A DNA stretch of 64,000 nucleotides from Klebsormidium nitens. Taxonomy: Eukaryota; Plantae; Klebsormidiophyceae. Below, piece after piece: positions 12,350 to 25,304 of this stretch. The position numbers and the translations under genes were made by a program. The DNA lies in assembly GCA_000708835.1 (NCBI GenBank), contig DF237031.1:1-64000 (forward strand), given 5' to 3'. Under the pieces are notes generated by a model. The model did no database searches and was not told where the DNA came from. It saw only the letters and a list, made by a program, of their open reading frames with translations. Positions within the stretch are counted from its first letter, which is position 1. Each line of letters starts with the position of its first letter.

Positions 12350-13150
12350 ACTGCATTCTTTCTGCCTAGTTGTAATGGGCGATTAGTAGCGTGCTAAACC
12401 CCACTGTGTTGCCAGCATCAGAAGGCTCGGAAAGTCTTTCGACGCTGCGCCCAACGGCTCCCACCGCTGACGTCACGAGCGGCGCCGGCGCGGCCGCGGC
12501 TGCCCGCGCGGCTGTGAGTCAGCGCCGTCGCGTTGGACGTCACAGCCACCGGCCGCGTCGCTTCGACTGCTGACGTCACCAAAGGTGCTGAAGTGGGCGT
12601 TGCTGACGTCCCCAGAGGCGGCGGATGCGTAGATGCTGATGTCACCTTCGCGTTCGAAGCACCCGGAGGAAGCTGAGAGGGGCCGAGGTCGGGACAGCGA
12701 TCTGGGGTGTCGGGGCAAGAGAGGAAGATTAAATTGGGGTATTTGAATGGAGTTAAATTAGATCGTAACCGGGGCCGAGTCAAGCGCCCAGACCTTGCCT
12801 CGTATGGGAAGCTTGGGGCCATTCGGCTGGTACAGATACGGCTAAGGGGGCCCAGTCGCAGCGGGGGCGATATCCCGGAACCGGAGATTAGCGCCTTAGT
12901 GGGGCCCGGAACTTGAGACTGGCGCAGCCCCCGGGGGAGCCAGCCCCCGCCTGGCCGGGAAGATTATGTCCGGTGGAAAATGCTTTCGGGGGGGCTCGAT
13001 CAGAGTACTAAGAGGTGGCGCCGAGGCCCGGGCTTGCACTTTCCGGGGGCTAGCGACGCCGGGGGATTTGCTAGGGGGGCCTCGGGTGCACTAAGTTCCT
13101 CTAAGGGGGATCCCCCGCGCTATTTCTGAGCGTGGGATTGGGGGGGTCTC
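12350..13150 (-). pseudogene. Decayed paralogue of the Pro-rich/GPI-tail part of the gene at 21116-22991
   Basis: 12450-12680 aligns with 21220-21450 (PGASNAKVTSAS...VTSAVEATRPVAV vs PGASNATVTSAS...TPAVEATRPAAV). 12900-13140 aligns with 21700-21920. The homologous frame contains stops, and no signal or Cys exon was recognised. Confidence 0.75.
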
Positions 13151-13735
13151 CTTCCGAAGAGCGCCAACGGTGATCTATGTCTACAATGTCAGTGGGGGAC
13201 TTGAAGTGAGAGCGTCCGCCTGGGGGTAAATGTGAATAGCACTGGTCATGGGAAATTTTGCAGATTCTCCACCGAGTTTCCATGTTTTTGCCAAAAGAAA
13301 GAACCGTACATAGTGGCAAAGTGTTCGCTCTTTTGTCAAGATACCGGCCACCCTTTAAAGATGTGATAGTAGCATGAACGCTAGTGCCGAGCTTCTTTCA
13401 CATTCTTTTACTGCAAACACGCGCACCATGATGCGACCATACTCATTGTGTCTCAGCGGAGCCATAGTAGGTACGAATTGTCTGCAACATTCCGATCTTT
13501 GGCAAAACTCCTATAACACGTATACACTAGCACACGGCAAACTAACGATGACTAAAAGAGCGCTCGAAGCAATTTGGACGCAATGCCGCGCGTTTAAACC
13601 CAGAAACTGCGAAGTGGAGAAAAGGTGCAAGATCTGACATATCAACAAACCAGTCTCAAACTATACTTCGTTCCGCATTGAAGTCTCTCAGCCTGCTGTC
13701 TACTACCGATACAGCTCATAAATGTTCTCGTTTTA

Positions 13736-16700
13736 CTAGTCGATGCTATCAATTGTTGTCTTGGCATCCCCCAGCTTTGCAAACTGCTCTAGAAGCTTGA
13801 GCCGGCGCTGCGCGTACCATGCGTTTTCCTCGAGGCAAAAGTCGTCCGGAATGCCTGCCCCAAGTGCCAGCTTTTTTTCAACCAAGTGCACAAGATGGTG
13901 AAGTACGCACCCGGTGATCGACTCCTGTAGCTCCACTAATCTTTCCGGGGGTATCGGCGCCTTCGCGTAGGAGGCGTCCATCAGCGCTGTGCCCGCGCGA
14001 GCTGCAAAGTGCCCGACTTTCTCCATCGCATCCCGGTAGAGTCTGGGGACGACTTTTTCGAGGAGCAGGGCACGGAGGGTGTCGAAACGGCGGAAATTGA
14101 TGTGGTTCTTTCTGCCGGAAATCAAATAGTCCCGCTTAAATGCCGCGTCAACCGCCGACAGAAGTGGCGGCAGGAAGGAATCGTCGCCCGTTGCTTTTTG
14201 GCAAGCTTCGAGAAGATTTCTTGCCCGTTTCTCGCATCGGAGGGCCCACTCTGGACTGCCCCAGCGCTGGCGACGGCCAATGTCCATCGGCAGCTTAAAC
14301 AATTGGCTGAAACTGTTGTTGCTGCCGAAATCTAGATATTGAAGGTCAGAGTGCTCCGGATTTCGCTCTCCAATCTTTCTGATGTCGTCGCACAGTGACT
14401 TCAGACGTATCTGCAGAAAAGGTGATGTCCACGGTGGATTTTCCCGGCAATAACAACCATGAACAGACAAGCTTAGAACGGGTGGTAGCGCGGCTTTGAT
14501 ATCGGTGAACGGTTTAACTGAACAGTGCTCAGTGCGAGGGCGAGCTAGAGCGTTTCGTGTTTTTACTGTCGCCTGGACTTTGGACTTGAGCTACTAACAC
14601 GCATTTGAAAGGAATCAGATCGGTACGTACAACTTTCTGACATCTTAAAAACTTGCGAGAGGAATTTTAGCTTCTCCATACCAATTGATCTCCGCACCAA
14701 CAACATCTTCTGATGGCAACAGATTGAGGAGCTTGACGAAACGAGTATGAAAAATGATCAAATAACCGGTAATTTGTACAGTATGATCAATATGCTTTGA
14801 TTGAAACGCGTACCTCCTTACGTAAAATACCCAGCACTGCACAAATTGACATCTCTCCCACCGGTTTACCCAAGCGTTTGATTGCTTCCCGCACTCTCAA
14901 GGTCCTCATAATCAGGGCGTTTTGGGCCCTGGGCTTCCACTCTCGAACGATGTACTTGCTGAACTCGTCGTCCAGGCACTTCAGCAGATTTGGTATTGTG
15001 ATCCTCTCCTGAATTCTCCGCTCGAACTCCACGAGGTCGCAGCCACGTGGCAGATTATCACGCTTTAACACGTGGCTATTTTTGAAGACGGTGTCCTCAA
15101 ATTGCGCGCGCTCGAATTCTGTTGCGGCGTCCAGACTGACCTCCCAACGCGTGCAGCGATTTACGACGGCGAAGCAGCCTGCGAACTCAGTACCTTGAAG
15201 CTCCGGGTCGTCTGCAAAATTGAGCTATAACACATCTAAGAAACTAGACCTTCTGCGTTTTGTTCTAAATTGGTGAAAGCCGAAAGGCCGAAACAAAAGT
15301 CCTGGTCGATCGAAAATCCTTAACCGGCCTCACCGTTTGAACAAATCACGGCGCAGACAGACAGGAGAATCAGAGATTGCATTTTCCTTCTTCAGGTACT
15401 TTGTTTATCCGGATCAGACCCTTGCTTTCCAAGGATTTGACCAGGGGACTCGAAGAAGGACTAGCCCAGGACGGACTTCACTCGCAACAGAGCGGACTTT
15501 GTCAGCTTCGAACTTAGTACTGGGGTGAGAGGATGAAGAATGCTTTCTAGGTTCCGGAATGAAGCAGACCTGAGATCCCAAGGATACGGTCAACGATGTA
15601 CGGCTTGACGTTACGCGGAACAACTTCGTCTGCCTTGGTAAACACCAGGATCGTGTCCTTGCAGCGGTCCTGTTCTTTGACCATGGCCAGCGCGCGCGCG
15701 GTGGAAAGGGAGCCTTTGCTCCCTTCAATCACGCACAAAATGCTGCAAGCGCGGATCAATTGTGTATAAGGCAGCCGATTGAGATTCATGATCAGGGCAA
15801 ATTTAAGCTGCTCCAATATTATTCTTGATGATGGGCAGCTCTCGGCCCAATGGACGATTCGTCTAGGAGTCAGGTACAAAGCATTCTCCTGATCTGTCAG
15901 AGTGAAGACGAAAGGCGGCGCCTGCAAGGGCCTGTCAAGGGAGCTTCTCCATCCTTTGCATTGGAGTCAACGCAATCGCGATGCTCGCAAAAGATCTTGA
16001 TAATAGTCAGAGCTCAAGGGAATCACGGCGTGTGAGAAGCATCTTATCATCTGACATGTTTGCGCCCAGCTAAAAACAACTTAGCATGTTTTCATAGTGA
16101 TCCTGAAACAGCATTGCACACTTGAGAATCGCAGCTGCTGTAATCTGCTCAGACACAATTAAGTGGGTTGGTTGCAGCTTGCAATCAACTCAACTTGAAT
16201 GGGTCGCATTTGTGCTGGTAATGAAAAGAGTGCCACGGGAGAGTCAAGCAATTGGCTTTTACAAACTTGGCTTACATGCATTCCTTTTCCAAGTAGCTCT
16301 GCACGATGGCTTCAGTGATGCCTCTAGCTCCGGTGCTCGTGTCTTGTCGAATGCCTGGCAGATCGACGCATTCCAGAGTGGGAACAGCCACCTGCAAGTA
16401 CAATTGTCGACTGAGCTGTCAGGTTGGTCTCATTGGCGAAGTGACAAACATTTTACATACCGTTCTACGTACACGACAACACTGCCACCACAGCAGCTCA
16501 ATTGCTAGTCTCCTTCGAAGCACACATCTGTATCCGTTTGCAAGCACGGTTATGAAAGATTTAATGATCCAGTATTGGAGATTGAAGCCAACACCGGCTG
16601 AAGAACAAGACTTTACAGTAACGTCGCGAAAGTGCATATATCACCGAAGGCTGGACCACCTCGAATTCGCCTCACAAAAAGAAACATCGTCCATCAAGAA

Positions 16701-17928
16701 TGATTAAGCAAGGTTTTTGGGCTAGCTGGTGAGTAGTTTTTCAGTAAATCGGCCTTTTTCAGAGTACGTAAGCAGTGACAAACCGGCCCGACGAATTGAT
16801 AGCAAGGCTTACATCGAAGATCGAGATGACGATCTCCTTCTCCGAGTATTGCGGGGACTGTGCTTCCGTAGCAGGCGTTTCGGCGTCCATCAGCTCCGTC
16901 ACAGCGCCCAGGATCAAGTCCCGCGAGGCCAGCTCTCGCGACACATGTCCCTCGCAGGACACCACAATCTTGGCATCCTCCTCCCGGGCTACCTGCATAT
17001 GTCGCGACACTTCAGGAATGTTAAGCTTTGATTAAGAATGGTTGTAAGCTCAAACCAAAAACTGAAATCCTAACCTATAAGATTCACCCGTTCCACACCG
17101 GTAGCCACCCTAAACCCCCTACCCGTCCCACCAGTATTTCTCGATCTAGTGAACAGCAAGCCCAGTGAACAGTAAGCATAAGTTTTCATTAAGTCCTGGT
17201 TCATTTCCGGAAATCCGGGATCCCCAGATACACTGGAACATATCGGACTTACGCGAGAACAAAAACTTTAACCCTTTAGTTTGGGGTTACTAAAAACCTT
17301 AACCCAAAGGATCACCCGCTCCGCACACGTATCCACCCTAGCCCCCTAACTAGCCCTACCCGTCTCCGTTACTGTTCACTGGCTGTTACTCTTCACTACA
17401 TCGATCGGGATGTCCCACTAGGCTGGTGAGCTTTCCATCCCTAAAGCTTCCCATTCTTAAATTGTCACTGCTTTACCTGCATCAGCTTCAGCCGAATGGG
17501 CATGCGAGTGCATACGCGCTCCGCCCGGGGGAAAACCGGGCACTTGTGATGCTCTCGAGCAGGCTGGACTTGCCCGCGCACTCGTCCCCGATCACCACGA
17601 TCTGCGGCAGCGGCGGCAGGTTGCGGACGGACCCGTCAACCACGCTGATCGCTTTCGTCAGGACGCCGAATTTGCTACCCAGCAGCTGCCTCGAAAGGGA
17701 CGGCACATGGGCGCCATCGACGGCGGCGGGCGCCTGATCTGTGGCTCCCGGGACCGCCACGTGGGAGCGTGAGGTTGGTGGAGCAAATCCCATCGGTTCT
17801 TGGGAAGGCGCTTCCCGTGGAGCTGGCAGCAAAGCCTCGGGAATGGAGACAGAGCCTATGGATTCTGGCCCAGTCCCGGAGGCACGGTAGGAAGAGTCGC
17901 TGGCAGAGATGCGCGGGTGGGTGACCAT
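13736..17928 (-). CDS. Dynamin-superfamily (Mx-sized) GTPase, about 664 aa, with one apparent 1-nt deletion (pseudogene or sequencing error)
   Basis: Exons 17928-17477, 16992-16813, 16391-16276, 15742-15570, 15211-14814, 14410-13736. Motifs: G1 LPQIVVIGDECAGKSSLLESIT, G2 FPRAERVCTRMP (after the frameshift at about 17544), G3 VDLPG, G4 VFTKAD, G5-region FAVVNR. Exon 1 is 452 nt where 453 are needed. Confidence 0.88.
17147..17398. mobile_element. MITE-like element (TA target duplication, about 30-bp imperfect TIRs) in dynamin intron 1
   Basis: TA|GTGAACAGCAAGCCCAGTGAACAGTAAGC (17147-17177) is an imperfect inverted repeat of GTTACTGTTCACTGGCTGTTACTCTTCAC|TA (17368-17398). The interior has CCCTAAC-like runs, and a related fragment lies directly upstream (about 17050-17130). 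Confidence 0.65.
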
Positions 17929-20900
17929 TCTCAACCTGTCACAAGGATAGCGTGCATTCAGAAAACCTAATCATCTGAAACTCGATGTTGAGAACGTACT
18001 ACAATCGCGCCAAGGGTTGTGAAGTAGGACCTACTTTGAGACCAGCGCGCGGGGCAGGCCCAGTCGGTAAGTATCTCACGACACCGTTGAGTTTGACAGC
18101 GACTGCCAGTCCTACTCAAGCATCTAAAATAGAAGCTCAGAATATCGAAGGAACCAAAAAGAGTAGGGGAACCTTAGTCTTCACGGCAGTAAGAATCCCC
18201 TACCCAGGAATCAAGATGCAAAGAAAGGCCTATATAAACCCTGAGCCAAAACTTTTACAAGGCTGACATTCATAAGAAGCATGACCTGGGCACCACTAGT
18301 TCCTGCAACCGGAACGCAGTGTCGTAAGTTTCTGCTAAAATGTGACCACTGGATAATTCGGTTTTGAAATCTGTAGCGTGTAATCCAGCCAAGGTTGATT
18401 TTTCGATCCGGCCTTAATGAAGCTGTTACTGATCTGGCGACGTCCGCTTTGCTGCTGGCAGCCGCAAGCCACTGGAATGGCGGAAACAATCAGAGAGTCG
18501 CTCAGAAGGGATGAACAAAAGAACTCTCGTTGCTCACACTTTAGCTTTGAGTTATATGCACTCCAGTTGGAAACTCGGAAACCTCGTTTATGGAGGAAGT
18601 TCGTACTTTAGGTCTAGGCCTGCACCGGAAAAGCTTACCTTGGCGGGATTATGGCGTCCTATTTCGATAAGCAAAGCACTGGAATTGCTGCAGAGCAGTT
18701 TTCCGGATTCGAAGTCTGGTTGTATAGGAGCATACTTACATCATGTATGCTTGAAAACAGCACTGCATAAAGAGAAGCACGAACAGTCCTCCTACAGTGT
18801 CCCCCTTTTGATTTCGTGTGTTCTGAGAACGGTCATACCACGACCGTCTCTGCTTGGAAAGCGTGCTGACTGTGAGTACCCGTAGAGTCAACGCGTCGGC
18901 GATCCTATCTAGAGTCTACTGAGGTAGTACTCTCAGACCTGGGTCAACTCGGAGACGGTCAACTTCCGCTTTGAACCCGGAAAGATTGGAGTCGACTCAA
19001 CTCATTGCAGGCTGTGTCAAAAGGATCAGAGGCGACGTACATCGTACTTTGCATAGTGGTGTGCGCACGTGTAAGACGGGCCTAGTGAGGTCGAATATGT
19101 TCACATGTTGGAAGAGAGTCTCCGGCCCGCTTGCTATTGTGGTGCCGCCGCAGTATTCTCGGACATGCATGCAGCGTGGCGCCATGTAAGACTGGCGCCC
19201 GAGAAATGTGTGAATCCAGCTGTGGGTGATAGTAAGCCGGTGGGTGCAAATTAAAGTAGAGCCCTTTGCCGGGTTTTGGTCTTCTGGTCTTCGGTCAGGA
19301 GGTCAAAGAGGTCCTCCAAGTCTTCCCAGGCCGCTAAGCACAGGTCAGCTGTTGATGACGTTAATGTCGACTATCGTACAATTCAATGATTGAAGGAACC
19401 GCAATCTCGTTTGGTTTGCGCGCGTGCAGTTTCTGTATCTTCTTGGGAATTGAAATTCCGTCGATTCCTGCATTACCGTACGTCAGAGAATTAAGATTCA
19501 TATCGTACGGTAGCAGCCAGGATTGATGACTGTACCGTACGATCGAGCTGGATGGTTCTGATCGACGGTCGCGGTTCGAGTCTCAGGTACGCGTCGAACA
19601 ACTTCTCGGCCCGTCGAGCGGCAGTCGCGGCCGCGCGGTTGAGCTGTAGAAACACGTACGTAGGTTTCACACTGACCAGATAAAGAAGTGCTCGAAATCC
19701 CAGCCGGGCAGCCGCTCATCTCCGGTCCATTAATTACACAATTTGAAATATTAAAAGACGTGCATTTGTCGTACCTGAGAAAGGTACTGAATATCGTACC
19801 CAAAATAAGTGACCATTTGGAGACAAGCGTACTGCGTCGTGCCGCATTGAGATAATCAGCTCGCCACAGGCTCTCACGCTTCGACTCTGATTCGACCAAA
19901 GACCTAGACTTCTGTGTATCTGGTCCTGAAACATAGATTCTTGGTATGCTATAACTCACGGCACCGTACGTTGCTTTTGCAACCTTACTTGAACTGATTG
20001 CTTTCATCGAACTGTGTACGCATGTTGCAATGACAGCTTAGTCTACAGCCCGGGCCATCAATCGCAAATCCTTTGTCGGTCGCTCGACGACTAGCGGAAA
20101 TCATATCAACTGAACAGTCACGTCAACAGTCTACGTATGCCAGCTACAAGACTGCTATGCAGTGAAGCGGAATCCCGTTGAGTTGCACCTTTCTTTTTAG
20201 TAGAGAACCAGAAGTCGAGAGTCCGAGCCAAGCAGTCCATAATCATGCTGTCAGAATTTAGAATATCATCAACTCCACAGTATGTAGCAAACCTATGTTC
20301 AAATGCCTTGGGGCTGCCTCAAGAGCCTCCATTTCGCGTAATCTTATGCAAATGGTTCCTGTGCATGGTTTGATTGCCTCCGCGCGATATGCCGTGATGC
20401 TGCGGTACTGGAGTTTAATACACTTGATCCCTTACTTCTGGCGGCTGAGAGATAGAAATCATGACGGATTGTCCACTCGGAGGCAGGGCCTGATATTTCT
20501 CCATAGAGAAAACAAAGCGCCCTACTACTCGTGCATATGCATGCATCATTGCGCCAGGAAACAATTGATCAGGCATATAAGTGATCATGATTATTTGTCA
20601 AGTAGAAGTGAATTCTCATTTGGGCCCCGGACTCATTCTCAACCAGACGCATTCGTACAGTGTTGAAAGGATGATTGCAGAGATGGCTGAGTAACATTCT
20701 AACCAGCAATTACAGTACTATTCCTAATCTTGGCATCTAAACAACGACTAGTAGTACTAATAATTCGCTGACTGCGGCTACGCCAAAACGGCAAAACGCA
20801 ATGTACGTCACATGTGACGTTCCCTTCGTTCAGGCTGAGTGTATCCGACGTAGTGGCGACGTATAGAGTCTTTGAAGTAATGGACGTACTGAGAACAAGC

Positions 20901-21115
20901 CTGGCTGTCTGCTCTCGGGCTTTGGCTATACCAAACAATCACTTATAAGGCCGAGCCAGACTCTTTTGCGTCCTTCGACGGAACGTCGCAACTCCTGGTG
21001 ACACGCTAGGGGACGTCATTTGAAGTAACACGAAGCAGTGGCCACCTACCCTCTCCTCGACTACTATTCAGAACTCACCCCTACATGTACATCCAGGCCG
21101 TTTATTGTTCTTAAG

Positions 21116-22991
21116 TTATACAAGAACCGAAGAAACGGCGCTAAAGCCCACGGCAAGCACCAAAACCGCTCTCGGTAGGTCCCTTGACGCTCCACCCATT
21201 ACCGTCTGCAACGACGCTTCCACGGCCCCCACTGCTGACGTCACGCGAGGCACCAGCGCCGCCGCGACTCCGCGCGCGGCTGACGTCAGCGCCGTAGCGT
21301 TGGGCACAGCCGCCGGCCGCGTGGCTTCGACCGCTGGCGTCATCAGGGGCCCCGGAGAGGGCGTCGCTGACGTCATCAGAGGCGTCGGAGCCGGAGATGC
21401 TGACGTCACCGTTGCGTTCGAAGCACCCGGGGGAAGCAGAGAGGCGGTCGGGAAAGGGGTCTGGGGTGTTGGGGCAAACGAAGAATATTGAACGGGGGGG
21501 GCTGAGCTTGGGTTGGGGATCGGAACTGGTGCTGAGTCAGGCGCCCGGACTTTCAGGCTTGGAGTCGGGGAGAGAGCATCTCGGGGGGATCCCCCTGGGG
21601 CCGTGTTCGGTGCGAGCACCGCAGAAGCCGAGTCTGGCGTAGCCCGGGGGGATTTCTCGGAACCCGAACCTGGCGCAGCCCCGGGGGATCCCCCGGGTTT
21701 CGAGTCTGGCGCAGCCAAAGGGGATCCCCCAGGACTCGAGACTGGCGGCTGCCGCCCCGGGAAGATTATGCTCGGGAGCAGAATGATGGCGGGGGGGTCG
21801 GTTGACGCACTCGGAGGTGGCGCACCCGCCCCTGGTTTAATCTTCCGGGGGGCGACGACGCCGGGGCTTTTGCGGGGGGGGCTCGGGTGCGCATCTTCCG
21901 GAGGGACCCCCCTAGCTTTTGCAGGGGCTGGTGGAGGTTTGGCTTGAAGTGGTTTGGCGGTGGCTTTCTTTTGCTTTTCTAGAGGGGGGGGAGAGGGAGC
22001 GTGCGCCGGGGGGGGTTTCGAGAACTTCACATTCTGGGGGGCCGGATGTGGCATTTTCTCCGAGGGGGGAGAGGATGCAGGGGGGTTAGGCTTATGACTG
22101 CTGGAAGGGGTTGCTTGCGTCCCCCCGCCATGGCTTGTGTGAGATCGGCTCTGACTCTCACGGGGGGTTTTGGTTGAGAAAGTTTCTTTGGGGGGGTGGT
22201 TTTTGCTCGTGGCGGGAGGGGGGGGGCTCCCTGAGTTTTCCCCCCCCCTCGCAGGGGGACCCTCCCTGCTTGCAACGGCTCTTTTGGTCGCCGGAACTAG
22301 GTGTGCGGGACTCGATGACCTTGCACCGTGAGGAAAGGTTGTCCGCGTAAAGGTTACCGCAGCCAACCGAGGAGCAGCAGAGGTAACGCTCCCCCGTGCT
22401 ATCACTGGGGGCGTTACAGCGGACTGGGTAGTCAGAGGCGGGGCCGGAAGAGCCGCACACCGTTTCTTGGGGTGGACCTGCATAAAGGAGCGTTCGAACT
22501 TTTAAGCAACCCTCTTGAATCTAATATCAGATCGGATCAGATCTGGAATAGAATCAGGGATTTATTCTCTCAGACAATCCAATGTAGCTTCAAAACCGAT
22601 TCAAACGTGAAACAAACGGTGGATCGCTTGAACGATTCGATTCGTAGCAATTCTTGGGTAAGGGCGAAGCTCCAACCCACAGAATTCATTCTTCGCACTT
22701 GTTTTATCAGCAAACGGTGCCCGTGCTTTGAAAGGACCCTTTCATTTAGGCATCATTCAAGCAGCCAAGTATCTTCAAAGGTTTCTCAACATCGTCGACT
22801 GAACCCCGTTGAAAACTGGCTGAGGCGAACACCTGACTGCAAAGAGAAAGGGGTAGCAAACACCATTAGAAGCAGAGATGCAAGCGCTTTTTCCAGATTG
22901 TGCCCTTACCGTCCCCTTCCACAACTCCTGCGGAGCACAGAACGGCAGCCAAGAATAACAGACACGCCTTCTTGAAACCCAGGGTTGCCAT
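21116..22991 (-). CDS. Secreted Cys-module plus Pro/Ser/Ala-rich, probably GPI-anchored arabinogalactan-protein-like (chimeric HRGP); frame discontinuity near 22.2-22.3 kb
   Basis: Exon 1 22991-22910 encodes a signal peptide MATLGFKKACLLFLAAVLCSAGVVEGD followed by GTAAGG. The acceptor at 22478 leads in phase into a 6-Cys segment (CGSSGPASDYPVRC...YLCCSSVGC...RC). A second frame carries AP/SP/TP-rich sequence and a hydrophobic C-terminal tail RAVLVLAVGFSAVSSVLV*. Confidence 0.7.
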
Positions 22992-25304
22992 AACCCGGAA
23001 GTTAGCGACCCCCTTCAAGTGATTTCGTCAGACTCGCCGGTGCTAGGCGGCAGGGGCCAAACCTATCTCGCCACGTAAAAAGCCACGAGTGTCCTGGCTC
23101 GGAAAGGGCCAAGTTGACCAGACGAAAGCTTCACATAGAGAAGTGCCTATTGACGAATGAGGCGCTGCCTTTGGCTTTTGCTTGCCGCACTAAGAGCGGG
23201 GAAACAACAGTGAGTTCTTTTGGTATGAACATGTGGGCGCTATCTCTATCTCATCACGATCGTGGTGCTCATCTTTGGGCGCTTCGAAAACGAGTCCCCT
23301 CTTCATCATGGGCTTGCTTCAAGTTCTGTTGAAGCTAATAATCAAGTGCCAGCAAAGAAGAGAATGGATTCGGTGCCAGTCAATAAGCAGCACTGACTGT
23401 TCATAGTCGATAGCCAAGGTCGTCGATCGACTCACTTGAGCACTGCCCCAAAAGAAACAGACCCGGGGGGTGTCCAAGGTTGTAATTTCCTATTCAGCAA
23501 ACCCCTGTTCCGGAGAGTTCTGTAATTCCGGCAAACCATCATAGGACTGGCCTCACAATATGCCGTTCACCGGTGTCGTTAAAGTGCCCCTACTCTTCCG
23601 ATTTGCTTTTCTGCCTGTTCCCATGTATCCATCCTTGAAAATTCATGCATGTTTCGTCTCTTTTCGCTATTGTCTATATTGGTATCTTCCCCAATGCTTC
23701 GTATGTCGCCGACCGGGCGCAGATCCAATTGATGCAAACGTTCGCATACCCAGGGATCCGTTAGTGACCAGCCAATCATTACATGATTCAGGTGGCCTGG
23801 GCACAGTTCACTTCTCTTTACTCCACTATCGACTTGTCCGAGTGTCCCAGAGGCGGCCACGTCACCGCTTTCCGCCATTGCTGTTGCGGCCCCTAGCTGA
23901 GCCTTTAAGATCACAGAAAATGGTGTTGAGCAGCTCCGTTGCATACGATTCCGAGATGTTTTCAGAGATCTACATACCTTTTCTTAAAACGGTGCTTTTA
24001 AAACCCACAGCCCCAAAGGTAAGCAGGCACTTTTACCCCCTGCTGCAAATTACTAGTTGTTAGCGTACCTTTCCGAAGTTCGATCATCACGCGTTTTCTT
24101 TGATCCGGCCACTATAAAGGCCCTTTTTGTCACTCGTGCGTGCGCCGGGCCCTGGTCCTTGGGTATGCCGTGGTACCGGTCGTGTTGGTAACGTAATAGT
24201 AACGATCACTTGCAAGTTCAAAGAGCCGCTGCGCGTCGTTTTTGATCTTTTCAAACCGGTCGATGCTATGTAAATGCAAGTTAATATTACGTACCGTTGC
24301 ACAAGTACGTATTGAAAATAAGCGCCGCGGCGGCTGGGCGCCCCCCAAACCCCCGATGTGAGAATAAAAATAAGTTTTAACAAGATACTAGTCGGACGGT
24401 ATCAAGAAAGTCAAACCTTGTGTCGATGATATGAGCAGGGGACGGTCAGCTATAGCACTAATCAGCCCGGCAACTTTATCACAGGCGGCCTGTGATATGG
24501 TTGACTACTGAGTGACTCGAGCCCGGCCGTGATTTAATGGAAAGACTCTGATCCCGAGTACGGTATACGACAGGCCCGGTCTTCTAGGCTATAGCTTTGT
24601 TGGCACGGTGTCGATCCGTGCATGACTCAGGGCACGCCATTCAGAGCCGACGTGAGGGGTCGAATCATCTGATTACATCAGACCGGACAAAACAGTTTCG
24701 ATCAATTGTCATGCATTGAATTGGCTTTCGAACGTAAGAACCAATATCTGGAGTAATTCGAAGCTAAGTAGGTTGTACATCCTGATGACTAGTTAGCCTG
24801 GACGGAAGCTACCGTCCGTACACAAGACATGGTATTCACAATGATACCAATCGCACACCCTAAGTTCTAAACCGTATCCGACCTAGGGCTCCTATATATC
24901 TTGCTCGCTACCTTCCAACACCTTCTTATTTGACTAGCTAGACTGAACGAGGCTATTGGACTCACCCCACATGGGATGTAAGTGAACGATTACATCTCAT
25001 TCAACACTAAGAACCTTCCAACCGTTCCAATGAGCTTAGCTTGTACATAGATGGAACATAGTCTGCCAGGCCCTCTAATCAGTGCTCTCCAGACTTGCTA
25101 CAAATTAATAGTGTGCATTCGACGCGTGGCGTGATATCAGCGACTATCAATTATGCATGGCACACTAAGTGCAACCTGCGAATAGTAAGACGCCACTGCT
25201 ATACGTGCAGCATGTGCGGGCTTTTAGCGAATACGTATGACCATGTTCTGTACAAAGCTTGTAATGCGGTTTGCTCCGCCCTTGGACCTTGGCACCCCGG
25301 ACAA

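Noticed and set aside
19250-20010. Possible small spliced gene on the minus strand (e.g. exon 19643-19541, LNRAAATAARRAEKLFDAYLRLEPRP)
   Set aside because: Some splice-like sites exist, but I could not build a phase-consistent model or recognise a domain.
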